Positions 1 through 9,974 of a DNA stretch of 64,000 bases are shown here, in pieces. The DNA comes from an uncultured virus (IMG/VR IMGVR_UViG_3300027963_005142). Taxonomy: Duplodnaviria; Heunggongvirae; Uroviricota; Caudoviricetes. The translations under genes and the position numbers were made by a program. Location of the stretch: the IMG/VR virus record IMGVR_UViG_3300027963_005142; one strand, given 5' to 3'. Within the stretch, counting starts at the first letter, position 1. Each line of letters opens with the position of its first letter. A model generated the notes under the pieces. That model did no database searches. It was given only the letters and a program-made list of their open reading frames with translations, and was not told the DNA's origin.

Positions 1-939
1 ATAGGATCTCAAAGCCTGGGGTCTAGCAACCTTTTCTTGAATGGCGACTCAGTCGGGTCTTATTCGAACTTCACAGGTCAGATCTCCAGTATCAGATTTT
101 GGTCAAGCTATCTAGATCTAAATGAGTGGATTGATCACTCTAAAGACTTTGAGTCGCTTGGTGTTAGAGATCCAAGAAAAAACTTCAACTTTGAAAAAAA
201 TCTAAGTGGATCCTTCGAAAAGCTTAGACTTGACACGTCGTTCTCTCAAGCATCAATAACAGCTTCAATCGATGGAAATTTCACAGGATTTGATTTCTCT
301 CAGAGCGCAAAGAGCTTCTCAATGTCAGGATTTGAAGCAAACGAGAGAGTTATCTTCACAGCCGGAGAGACAGTAATGTCTCCTTCTCCCTACTTTGATC
401 TTCTAGAAAACGATCAAAAGACTAGAGTTCGGTCTTTGTCAAATCCCCAGCCTGACGAAGTTCTTGCACTTTCTTCTCCGGTATATCAGCTCCCTGAGAA
501 CGAAGAAGTTCTAGATGACAATAGGCTCTCAATAGAGTACTCATATTCAGCAAATCTGAATAGAGACATCATGAAGGCAGCGTCAAATCTTGACTTCTTT
601 GATGATGCTTTAGGAAAGCCTAATTCTTATTTTGATAACACCTACTCAGACTTGGATGATTTCTCTAGAGTCTACTTTAACAGGCTTACATCAGATATTG
701 ATCTTGATAGATTCTCTCGTCTGTATAGATGGCTTGACGGATCTCTCGAAGTCCTGGTCGGTCAACTTGTTCCTGCAAAGACTTACTTCTACGGAATAAA
801 TCAGGTCATAGAGCCGCATGCACTTGAAAGAAGTAGGCACAGATTCTTTTTCGACGACATGTACTTAAACGAGAAAGACAGATTTACCTCAAGCAATCTT
901 GTATTGTCATCTCTTTTTGCGAGGCTTAGAGGATTTTGA
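1..939 (+). CDS. Partial (5'-truncated) putative virion/baseplate structural protein
   Basis: Frame 1 is open from base 1 to the TGA at 937-939. FTGQISSIRFW resembles the end of a LamG/ConA-like fold. Lies in the structural cluster. Confidence 0.55.
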   Translation: MGSQSLGSSNLFLNGDSVGSYSNFTGQISSIRFWSSYLDLNEWIDHSKDFESLGVRDPRKNFNFEKNLSGSFEKLRLDTSFSQASITASIDGNFTGFDFSQSAKSFSMSGFEANERVIFTAGETVMSPSPYFDLLENDQKTRVRSLSNPQPDEVLALSSPVYQLPENEEVLDDNRLSIEYSYSANLNRDIMKAASNLDFFDDALGKPNSYFDNTYSDLDDFSRVYFNRLTSDIDLDRFSRLYRWLDGSLEVLVGQLVPAKTYFYGINQVIEPHALERSRHRFFFDDMYLNEKDRFTSSNLVLSSLFARLRGF

Positions 940-1631
940 AAACCTACAAAGACAGAGTCAACAACACCGGTCCTGTAAAGACAGGCAATAATAGGTCAGA
1001 TAGACCTGATCTACTGCAAGGTATTGACGTTAAATCAAGTCAAACTGTTTTTTCTAGAGCCGGCGGTCTTTTGAGCCTGTCGAACAGAGAATCCTCTGAG
1101 CCCTTTTCTAACGAGATTGGAGTTTATTCATTTGACTCACACTTGAATGCAGCAGGCTTTGAGACTTACCACGACGTTGTGAAACCTCAGTCAGCTCACG
1201 ATCTTCTTGACACGTACTCTGCAGCCTATGCTACTGATTCTAGGCTTCCAAATAGTGAACCAATCGAGCCGCTTGATACGGTCTCTCTTTTTTATCGAGG
1301 TCTAAGGGCACGGGGTATCAATGGAAGTGCTTTTTTTAAGTGGTCTCGATTTGAAGGTGTCCGAGTTGAAACTGTGTCCAAACTCTCAAAAAACCCAGCT
1401 CAAGTCCTTGATAGCTCTAATTTCTTTGGAAATGTGAAATACGACGGATACATCAAAGAGTCTGTTAATTTTGAATTATTTGATGATTGCATGACGTATG
1501 ATACGGACGGAATCTTACAAAAAAGTGACAAGAGATCGAATGCAAGAGTTGAGGTTGTCGGAGGAACAGGTGGATCTGATAGAGCAGAAGCAGGTCAATT
1601 CACTCTCTTCTACGGAGGTCTCTACAGATGA
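936..1631 (+). CDS. Hypothetical protein, probably virion-associated
   Basis: 231-aa ORF with TTG start overlapping the upstream stop; coupled to the next gene by ATGA. Confidence 0.5.
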   Translation: MKTYKDRVNNTGPVKTGNNRSDRPDLLQGIDVKSSQTVFSRAGGLLSLSNRESSEPFSNEIGVYSFDSHLNAAGFETYHDVVKPQSAHDLLDTYSAAYATDSRLPNSEPIEPLDTVSLFYRGLRARGINGSAFFKWSRFEGVRVETVSKLSKNPAQVLDSSNFFGNVKYDGYIKESVNFELFDDCMTYDTDGILQKSDKRSNARVEVVGGTGGSDRAEAGQFTLFYGGLYR

Positions 1632-3928
1632 AATCATTTAAGTCGCAGCCTGCTAGGGCTCTTTTAAGAGACAATGAAGCTTACGACGGCGTTGCAGGAC
1701 GCATTGTAGGAACTGGTTACTCTACAAGAACTAAACCCCAAACGTTGATCTTTGATGACACTCAGACAGACTCTGGCGTAGCACAGACAAGGTCTTTTCC
1801 AACTCTGCAGATTACTGCATCTTCATCTCCAGGTATTTTGGCTAACATCGCGGTAGATCCTGGATCCATCTACTTGCCAGTACAAAGAATCTCTTCCCCG
1901 CAGGTATACAAAGATTCGGCAGGAACAAGAAAGGCTTCGTTTTCGAAGAACGAAGTAATTCTAGGATTCTCTACAAGCTCGTGGACAAAGACGCAGATCG
2001 AAATAGACATCACGCCAAAGAGGACCAAGGATCTGTTTAGGCTTGATTCAAGCAATGCTCCTTCTGTGGGTCTTTCTTCTACTGGATTTTGCTATTTTAA
2101 TTTCTCAAACAAAGTCTGGGAAGACATAGGGTACTACGATACAGCAACCAGAGCTACGGGAAGAGATAGTACGATTATCTTCATTGATCCTGCGATAACC
2201 ACTCAGCCTATCGTTGACAGGGATGTTCAAGGCGCGGCTGATAGAGTTTGCATGCAGTTTGCACTATCACCAAGCGTAGCGTACTCAGCCTCTCTTGACC
2301 TCGAGGGAGCAAAGGCGATTGGATATCGACATATTGGTCTTCCGACAGCCATGTTCTCGGCTCCTGCTGCTCCAAGGTATCACGCTACAGCGTCTCAGTG
2401 CCTGAGACTCTCTGACTATATTGAGGAGCCTTTTCTACTTGAAAAGATCATCCTAAGAACCCAGGCTGCACCAGAAAGGTTGCAGAATTACTCAGGAGCA
2501 GTACCTGTCGGCGGAGCAGCGTGGGGGTTCTACAGAGATATTGACAACTACAACTTTTTCGTCTACCACCAGAGAAGATTCAGCACAAAGAAAGATACAG
2601 TGCAGGACGTTAGCTCGTCAATTAGGTCAATAGTGACCAATGCTTCTCTTTGCTTCTTTAATGCTCCGAGTCTGTCAACTGCAGGCTATGAAGTTCTTCA
2701 CAATCCAGAGTTTAAGGCTGACTTTAACATGGGAAATGCTGTCCGAGGAGTCGGAGTTAAGAACTCTGATATTGACATCTCTATGCCAGTTAAAAACTAT
2801 CCGAGGTATTTTGGAGGCGTATCTAACGTCGGGCTTATTAATCAGGCAGGAGAAAGAGCTTCTGGATTTTTCCAGAACTACTGGCCAGGCGGAAGGACTA
2901 TCTTAGATACAAGAGTCTCGTCTTCAAACTACACAGGAGTTGACAGATTTAGATACTATTTCAACGGATACTATCCGATATCACAGAAATCAGACATTGA
3001 TTTTCCGATAGATTCCACTGATAGATCTTACCTGACAAGGACTCCTAATTGCGATTCAACAGGCAGATCTTCTGCAAAGGTTGACTTTCTTGTTATGCCG
3101 GCATCTCCTGCAGGTCCCTTCTTGACCTCTGTTCAGCAGTTTTCATATGCTGCAGATCCTGAAACTTCTTATTCTCCATACCTTCTATTTCCTGAAGATG
3201 AGCTTGTATTTGGATTTGACGTTGGCGTTCCATTTAATCGCAGGTACGTAACTTCGACAGCAAACTTCGATGGTCTTGATTATGCCAACGGCCTGGGAAT
3301 TACAGGAAGTCACCTTGTTCTATCAGCATCGTCAGATGCAAAAGTTATTCTCGTAGGGTCTCTGCTTAGAGATAGCAGGCAGAAGCTCCCTAAGTCTTTA
3401 ACTTTCTCCAGCGGTCCAGTCTCGAGCGTCTTCGAAGATACGAGTAGAGACCACGATGAGTTCGATATTGAGCCTGCAGAGATTCTAAGCGGCTCTATCT
3501 TCACAGCAGTCATGTCAGGAAGAATGACCACTACAACCAATAGGTCTATTTCTGCAACTGTCGGTGTTACACCAGGTAGAAAGATGCTGTGTAGATCTCA
3601 GATTCTTCTGAGCCAGGATCTTGTCTACTTTGATTCTTTAAGAATACCACCTAGCAGCTATAGAAGCTACTTTAGGAGAGATAGATTTGGTCAGCTAAGA
3701 GACAGGCTTGAACAGGGACTTGATTCCAAGTTCTACGCTCGTCCCGGAACAGGGGGAGGGTCTGGAGTTCTTAATCCTGTCTTTATAAGCTCTTCTGCAG
3801 ACTACTTGCACTATGTCACAAGCTCTGTTGCTTATCTAGATGCAATTCCCACCAGCCGAGCTACAAGTTTTTCAAGATTTACCATAGATCCTGACTTCTC
3901 GCCTTTCTCAAGATTCTTTGGACCCTAG
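1628..3928 (+). CDS. Large hypothetical structural protein
   Basis: 766-aa Ser/Thr/aromatic-rich ORF; ATGA coupling; structural context. Confidence 0.6.
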   Translation: MKSFKSQPARALLRDNEAYDGVAGRIVGTGYSTRTKPQTLIFDDTQTDSGVAQTRSFPTLQITASSSPGILANIAVDPGSIYLPVQRISSPQVYKDSAGTRKASFSKNEVILGFSTSSWTKTQIEIDITPKRTKDLFRLDSSNAPSVGLSSTGFCYFNFSNKVWEDIGYYDTATRATGRDSTIIFIDPAITTQPIVDRDVQGAADRVCMQFALSPSVAYSASLDLEGAKAIGYRHIGLPTAMFSAPAAPRYHATASQCLRLSDYIEEPFLLEKIILRTQAAPERLQNYSGAVPVGGAAWGFYRDIDNYNFFVYHQRRFSTKKDTVQDVSSSIRSIVTNASLCFFNAPSLSTAGYEVLHNPEFKADFNMGNAVRGVGVKNSDIDISMPVKNYPRYFGGVSNVGLINQAGERASGFFQNYWPGGRTILDTRVSSSNYTGVDRFRYYFNGYYPISQKSDIDFPIDSTDRSYLTRTPNCDSTGRSSAKVDFLVMPASPAGPFLTSVQQFSYAADPETSYSPYLLFPEDELVFGFDVGVPFNRRYVTSTANFDGLDYANGLGITGSHLVLSASSDAKVILVGSLLRDSRQKLPKSLTFSSGPVSSVFEDTSRDHDEFDIEPAEILSGSIFTAVMSGRMTTTTNRSISATVGVTPGRKMLCRSQILLSQDLVYFDSLRIPPSSYRSYFRRDRFGQLRDRLEQGLDSKFYARPGTGGGSGVLNPVFISSSADYLHYVTSSVAYLDAIPTSRATSFSRFTIDPDFSPFSRFFGP

Positions 3929-3950
3929 TATTGGCGATAAGTAGATATGC

Positions 3951-4844
3951 ATGTCAGGAATACTCAATCCGCGTAGCAGGATAGTCGACTTTGTATTGAC
4001 CAGCGAGGGAAGGAAAGACCTCGCTGCAGGGCGTCTTGACATTTCTTTTGCGACATTTAGTGACAAGGGTACCTACTATTCATCTGGGTCAGACGGAATA
4101 TCTGTCCCGATGTCTCCGGCGCTCACCTTTGAGTCTTACTCTTCTGATGGCGACGTAATAACCCTTGAGAAGAACCTTGATGGTTCTCTTGGGAGGCTTT
4201 TAACCGCTGCCGGTGCTTATGCAGCCGCTGTCGTAGTCATCACAGGATCGTCCTCTCAGACCAGGACTGATGTGTTCGATGGCGTTTCTCTCAGGACAGG
4301 AGAGATCCTTGATGGCCTGTCTCTGCTTCGAAGTGACACAACATTTCAGAGCTTTGATTCAAGTATTCTTCAAAGCACAGACACAGTTCCAATATCTCAG
4401 ATTGACTATCTCTACGGTGAGACAGCTTCGATTGACGATGTTGCCTACGTTTTTGCAGACAATAGATTCAAAAACTTTGATAGCTTTAAGTTTCTACCAC
4501 CTGTAGTGGAGACACCAAGTGCTACAGAAGACGTCTTTGATTTCTCAGGAATTCCGGAGCTCTTCAGCTTTACTGCATTTGATCCGCAGACTATACTTTC
4601 TTATAGAAGCTTTGATTTTTATCCCCAGAGACAAGGTACAAAGCTGTCTGTTGCAGCACAGTTTTTTGAGTTCAACGAAGACGTTGAAGGCAAAAGCCAG
4701 TGGAGCAAGCTCGATATGTTCTATTACGGATCTGTCACGCTCGGTGACAACACTAATGCTCATGTTTTCTTCCTTGGAAAGAGAATACTAAGAGATTCTG
4801 CTTTCTCTTTTGTAACCCTATTCACAATGCTGGTGAGATATTGA
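3951..4844 (+). CDS. Putative baseplate/tail structural protein, N-terminal paralogue of 11803-12492
   Basis: N-terminus IVDFVLTSEGRKDLA...FSD matches IVVDAVLTDVGRQLLA...LGD of 11803. Confidence 0.6.
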   Translation: MSGILNPRSRIVDFVLTSEGRKDLAAGRLDISFATFSDKGTYYSSGSDGISVPMSPALTFESYSSDGDVITLEKNLDGSLGRLLTAAGAYAAAVVVITGSSSQTRTDVFDGVSLRTGEILDGLSLLRSDTTFQSFDSSILQSTDTVPISQIDYLYGETASIDDVAYVFADNRFKNFDSFKFLPPVVETPSATEDVFDFSGIPELFSFTAFDPQTILSYRSFDFYPQRQGTKLSVAAQFFEFNEDVEGKSQWSKLDMFYYGSVTLGDNTNAHVFFLGKRILRDSAFSFVTLFTMLVRY

Positions 4845-6973
4845 TACAGGTCATACAGAGAGAACAGATCTTTGATCTGAATCAAAGCAAGGTCACTCTA
4901 ATAAGAGATGAGAATTCAAGCTTTTTATCCTTCAGCTTGTTTCCTCTGGAAGGAAAGGAAAAACAGGTTGTCGGACTAAGCACGATTGAAGTCGTTGCAA
5001 CTCAGTCGCCTGAGAGGCCTGTTTCAGCGTCTAGAGCTACCATAGACGTGAGGTCGACTTCACCGGTTAGCACACAGATATCAGCTAGAAAATCTCAAAC
5101 AAACCTGGTAGGAACTGCAGAATCTCTAGGATCAATCGTAGTCCAGAGGCCTCGACTTTCCAACAAGAGATTTGCAATCAACAAGCCTGGCAGCACGATC
5201 CTTCTGTATCAGACAAACGCAGGAAACGATTTTTCTGACATACTGTCTCAGTCTTCTCTTCTAGCATTTGATTCAAGATCAGGAATGGATGGTTCTCAAG
5301 CCGCGGGCACCATTGAGAGGTCACTTATTACCAAAAAGTGCATTCCAATAAAGATAGAACTTAGAGATTTCACTCTAGACCAGCAGCAGCTGTTCATTAC
5401 AGTCAAAGCTAGAGTACAAGGGAGAGTGGTATCGAACCAGCAATTGACAGTTACAGATCTTGAAGTTCTTGACCAAGAGCAGCTTGACTACAAGATAAAC
5501 TGCCTGGGATACACGCGTATCGACGCAGGAAATTTGCAGTTCACTGCTTATCTTAATAGATCACTTCCATCATCTTCGGTGGTTTTTACTTCCAGGACAT
5601 GGAGTAACTCAGTATCAAAATCAAATCTTTCAAGGAAGTTACAAAGAGTCGATCAGACAACAAAAACTGCAACATTCTCAGTTCTTTGCACTCAAAATGA
5701 GTACGCTGAGGTCATCGCTCAGGCGTTTGATGGAAAAAATCGACCTTGCGGTTATCCGACTAGGACGCTGATAAGATCAAGAAATCCAAGATCAGACATT
5801 CAGAGCATTGTTCTAAAGAGCTTAGACTCTGACGGGCTGACTGCTAGAGTACAGGGAATACCTGTAGGAACCGGTTCGATTAGAGTTTCTCGGAAAAATA
5901 TTTCAAATCTTTCTCTTCCCATAGAAGAGGTTGGAGTCTTTTCTGTAGCTGACGGATCTGTCGATTTTAAAGACGATAAAATTGTAGAGTCGAACTATCC
6001 AAATACAAGAACTTCTTTTGAGTATGAAGTGCTACTAATAACGAACGGAACTCAGAAAAAGTCTGACCAGGTTCTTAGAGTCGACTACGGGCTAATCGAT
6101 AACTCATACAGCTTCCAGACAGTCTTTAACGAGTCATCAGGTGCTTTGTCAGTTCAGGTTAGTCCTGAGAAGCCTGCGGAGATTCTTGATGGACTTTCAA
6201 GGTCTCTCGCAGAGAAGTCTTTAACAGATGCTTTTGCAGATCAAATAAAAGAGATAAGGTCGCAGACAGCTGAAGTATTCTTATACGATGCCTACCTTGT
6301 CAACCTGGAAACATCCGAGAGAACATATTTAGGAGAGTTTTCAGAGAATAGATTTTCTCTACCGCTTTCTACCAATTCAGTGTACTACATCTATCCAAAG
6401 ACAGCAACACCTAGAAATCAGATTAGTGCAATAAAGCGCCTAATTGAGCAACCGCAGCTTGTGTCAAGAAGTAGAGCCTCCAGAGTGAGCCCAAGAAATC
6501 TTGCTGCGAGTCTCGACTCTCAGGTTATCACTGAGGACGGGATAAAGCCTAAGCTCTTTAATCCAAGCGGTCTTATTGACGGAACTTTGTCAACGCAGTA
6601 TGCATCTCTAACTTCTTATCCTACAGGACAAGTGATTACATACCAGTCGTCATCTCCTCGAGAAGCCCTCCGAGCTGGAAACTTTACGTGTAGAAGAATA
6701 CACAAAGAAAGAAACCTGATACAGTGGTCTTCACCGGCTGCCTCTGATGTATCTCACTTTCTACTAAAAGCTTCGACCGGAGAAGCTGCTCGAGCCACTT
6801 TTTTACTGTGCATTTTGCAAAAGACTCAATCTTCTAGGTACATCTTCATAGATGAAGTTCTAGGAAAGTCTCCTGGGTTTATTAAGTACTATTTGACACC
6901 TGTCAACTCTAGGGGAATTGAGCAGACTACAATAACAGTAGATCTGCAGCCGGGAGAGGTGGAAATTGGCTAG
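4841..6973 (+). CDS. Hypothetical structural protein, possibly with beta-sandwich/FN3-like domains
   Basis: 710-aa ORF. C-terminal LIQWSSP...YIFIDE...YYLTPVNSRG pattern resembles fibronectin type III. Confidence 0.5.
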   Translation: MIQVIQREQIFDLNQSKVTLIRDENSSFLSFSLFPLEGKEKQVVGLSTIEVVATQSPERPVSASRATIDVRSTSPVSTQISARKSQTNLVGTAESLGSIVVQRPRLSNKRFAINKPGSTILLYQTNAGNDFSDILSQSSLLAFDSRSGMDGSQAAGTIERSLITKKCIPIKIELRDFTLDQQQLFITVKARVQGRVVSNQQLTVTDLEVLDQEQLDYKINCLGYTRIDAGNLQFTAYLNRSLPSSSVVFTSRTWSNSVSKSNLSRKLQRVDQTTKTATFSVLCTQNEYAEVIAQAFDGKNRPCGYPTRTLIRSRNPRSDIQSIVLKSLDSDGLTARVQGIPVGTGSIRVSRKNISNLSLPIEEVGVFSVADGSVDFKDDKIVESNYPNTRTSFEYEVLLITNGTQKKSDQVLRVDYGLIDNSYSFQTVFNESSGALSVQVSPEKPAEILDGLSRSLAEKSLTDAFADQIKEIRSQTAEVFLYDAYLVNLETSERTYLGEFSENRFSLPLSTNSVYYIYPKTATPRNQISAIKRLIEQPQLVSRSRASRVSPRNLAASLDSQVITEDGIKPKLFNPSGLIDGTLSTQYASLTSYPTGQVITYQSSSPREALRAGNFTCRRIHKERNLIQWSSPAASDVSHFLLKASTGEAARATFLLCILQKTQSSRYIFIDEVLGKSPGFIKYYLTPVNSRGIEQTTITVDLQPGEVEIG

Positions 6974-9900
6974 ATTTGGAAGACCAGACGCTGCTGTTGT
7001 GACGCGGCCGAGCACAAGCTTCTCTTCTGCAGCATTTACAGACGATGTAGATCCTCCAACCCGATCAACTTTCTCGTCTGTTGCCACAGAGAGCCGCCCT
7101 ACAATCGTAGATTCTTTAACAGACTCGTCTGTGGTTCTAATTCCTGAGTCTGGGTACGACGATTTTATATCAGAGAAGAAGCTTTCTAGCAACAGACCGC
7201 ATGTCATAGCTGTTTATAATCCAAGAATTGATCCTACAAACGGATTTAAAGACCCGACATTTCAACTTTCTGAAGTCCAATATCTTCTGGATTCCGATAC
7301 TGTTTCAACAGCTGTCCAGGTCATCTCGTCTTCAATTCCTGCACAGCAGCTTGCTGAACTAACAGTTGATAATATCGCTCTTGCAGTTGAAGCCAAAAGA
7401 GCAATAGACGCTTTGCGGTCTGTCTATCTTGGAAAGAGGCAGTTCTCTAGAAATCTTTCCGGATTTGACTCTTCAGCAATCTCAGCTAGATCTTCAAGAT
7501 TTATAAACTCCATTTCTTCTGATATCGGCATTGGTGGCTGGACTGCAAAAATTAGTAGAGCGCCCTTTTTCAATGAGAGAACAATTGATAGCTTTTTAGG
7601 CATCTATCCAACTGATCTTTCAAAATTTTCAAGCAAGACGATGGCATCAAAGATCTTGAATCTTGCTCTAATGTCGACTGATCTTGCTTTCTTTAGTAGA
7701 GATGTTGTAAAGACTTTCAAAGAAGATCCCTCTCTAGGCGAACGCCTAGGCAGTGCACTATACACCCGAGGCATTTCTTTTCCTGAAGAGATATCAGAGA
7801 ATCCCGATTACATCTCATCGCCTGACGATCTATCTCTTGAAGATGCTATCAGAGGCCTTGGAAGAGCTCTAGCAGGCGGTGTTCTAAAGTCAGAAGCAAA
7901 TCCTGCTACAACTTACGCTGCAGATGCAGACAGATCTCTACCTTCGTCTTTTGAACCAGTTCTTGATAGCCTTTTCTTTACAGATGCAAACCTGAAGAGA
8001 GTTGAGACCTTTGCAAACTCTAGCTTTGCTGCAACGAGCCCTGATGGCTACGTTACCTTTGAAGATAGCGTTCTTCTAAAGTGCTTTACTAAGCAGCAGA
8101 AAGATTCACCTGGGTTTTTAGAGGCATCCAGTCTTGCAAGCCAGGCTTCTCAAATCGTTCTTAGAAAGTCTGAGTCTCTAGTTGTTTCGTGTCGACCTTT
8201 TTCTTCTAATCTTCTTGATCCTCAAAAGCGGCTTATGAAATTTTTGGTTGCACTTCTAAGAGAGCTAGGATCAATTCTTGACATACTAAAGGAAATAGAC
8301 ACTGCGGCAGAGATCCAAGACGTTGAGTCTGTAGGTTCTCCAGGTTTTTCTAGCAGGTCTGGCGTCCCTAGAAATGCGCTGAGAGATCTTGCTGTGATAG
8401 CTCAGTCTTGCACACAGTACGGTACTTCTGTTTTTGAAGTTTCTTTCATTGAAGGTGTTCAAGCTTCTTACACAACTAACGTCCAGATTGGAACTATTCC
8501 AGATCCAGGTGCTGCGTTCCTCTATAGACATACTCGAATTGATGACTCAGAAGGTCAAGACTGGCTTGAAGCTAGACTGTATGACTCTGAAAATACAGAG
8601 ATCCATCCGATTTTTGCAATGATCGATGCACAGATTACAAGTGTCCTCGGCTTTACTCAGGAAATTCAAGTGAGAGCTGCAAGGTCTGTTGCTGTGCAGT
8701 TTCTCTCAAGATCTCTTAGATCTGTATTTTTTGATTTTGAAACAAATGAAGCTGGCGGTACTTATTTTACCTTTTCCAGGACTGATCTTGCTGCCATTCC
8801 TTTGGCGATAGATTCTATACTTTCTGGTGGTCTTGGCTTTCCAAGCAGGCCTGGTCTTTCGTCAGAAGAGATAGCCAGGATCAACAATATACGCATAAGC
8901 ATTATTGACGATGCTTTGTCACCGATCAGAGCGATAACAGATCAAGTTGTTGCTTCTCTTGAGTTTGTAGACATGGTTGAGTCATACGCGTCCTCTCTTG
9001 CTTCATGCGACAACCTTTCCAGAAATCTTAGATCTGCATCTAGCACGCTCTCGTCAGTAACTAGAATTAAGGGAATTACTACTCCGCTTGCTCTTACTAG
9101 AGATAGCTTAATAGCATCAAGTCTTTACTTCTTTACAAGGAGTGCAACTTCTGGGATTACTGGATATAGCACTCAAGAAGTTCTTAGTGAGAACGAGTAC
9201 AAAACAATACTTTCTAGACTTCTGAAGATTTCACAAGAATCTACCAGCGAGGACGATCTGTCCTACTTTGTTGTAGGCTTTCCATTTGGACTCCTTGAAA
9301 GATGTAGAAATGAATCACCGTCAGATACTGATCTCTTTTTAGTTAACTTTAAGTTTGAAATAGACGGGATAGAGTCAACAGTCACGAAGACTTTTAGTCC
9401 AAATATTCGAAAAACTGAACTTTCTCCGGGTCAAGCAGCAGATCCAATCGAGCAAATAGACACAGACAAGGTAAAGACGCTTTCCTACATAGACGGAGTC
9501 CAAGACATTGTTAGAACGAGAAGCGGAGAAGCTTTCTTTTCCATCCAGGACACGTCTTACTTAGAGGCTTTCCGGATCGCTCTCACCAGCGGATGCTTGA
9601 TTGACTTTATGTGGAATCTTCTAGGAATCGATCTATCAGAGACTGCTGTAAGAGATAGCGCAACATACGCTCCCTCCTCGAGGATTACTGACATTAAGAA
9701 CGATCAGTCCAGATTTTTTGCACGTAGAATACAAGACCTGAGCATCCCTAGCCAAGCTCGACTTGGCAGTGCCTTTCAGAGAACCACACTTTTCGGTCAA
9801 TCAAGAGCTGTAGACGATATTTTTGGATTCAAGTATATGGACTGCGTCTATGCGTTTCCAGTTAGATCTTCAGAGATTCCAGGTGTTTCATCTGGCCAAT

Positions 9901-9974
9901 TCGTCGGCAAGGTCTTTGTGTCTGTTGAACCTTCTATATTCGGCTCAGTAAGAACACTAAGAGGAAACTTCTGA
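6966..9974 (+). CDS. Large hypothetical protein
   Basis: 1002-aa ORF, TTG start with upstream GAGGT, overlapping both neighbours. Confidence 0.6.
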   Translation: MARFGRPDAAVVTRPSTSFSSAAFTDDVDPPTRSTFSSVATESRPTIVDSLTDSSVVLIPESGYDDFISEKKLSSNRPHVIAVYNPRIDPTNGFKDPTFQLSEVQYLLDSDTVSTAVQVISSSIPAQQLAELTVDNIALAVEAKRAIDALRSVYLGKRQFSRNLSGFDSSAISARSSRFINSISSDIGIGGWTAKISRAPFFNERTIDSFLGIYPTDLSKFSSKTMASKILNLALMSTDLAFFSRDVVKTFKEDPSLGERLGSALYTRGISFPEEISENPDYISSPDDLSLEDAIRGLGRALAGGVLKSEANPATTYAADADRSLPSSFEPVLDSLFFTDANLKRVETFANSSFAATSPDGYVTFEDSVLLKCFTKQQKDSPGFLEASSLASQASQIVLRKSESLVVSCRPFSSNLLDPQKRLMKFLVALLRELGSILDILKEIDTAAEIQDVESVGSPGFSSRSGVPRNALRDLAVIAQSCTQYGTSVFEVSFIEGVQASYTTNVQIGTIPDPGAAFLYRHTRIDDSEGQDWLEARLYDSENTEIHPIFAMIDAQITSVLGFTQEIQVRAARSVAVQFLSRSLRSVFFDFETNEAGGTYFTFSRTDLAAIPLAIDSILSGGLGFPSRPGLSSEEIARINNIRISIIDDALSPIRAITDQVVASLEFVDMVESYASSLASCDNLSRNLRSASSTLSSVTRIKGITTPLALTRDSLIASSLYFFTRSATSGITGYSTQEVLSENEYKTILSRLLKISQESTSEDDLSYFVVGFPFGLLERCRNESPSDTDLFLVNFKFEIDGIESTVTKTFSPNIRKTELSPGQAADPIEQIDTDKVKTLSYIDGVQDIVRTRSGEAFFSIQDTSYLEAFRIALTSGCLIDFMWNLLGIDLSETAVRDSATYAPSSRITDIKNDQSRFFARRIQDLSIPSQARLGSAFQRTTLFGQSRAVDDIFGFKYMDCVYAFPVRSSEIPGVSSGQFVGKVFVSVEPSIFGSVRTLRGNF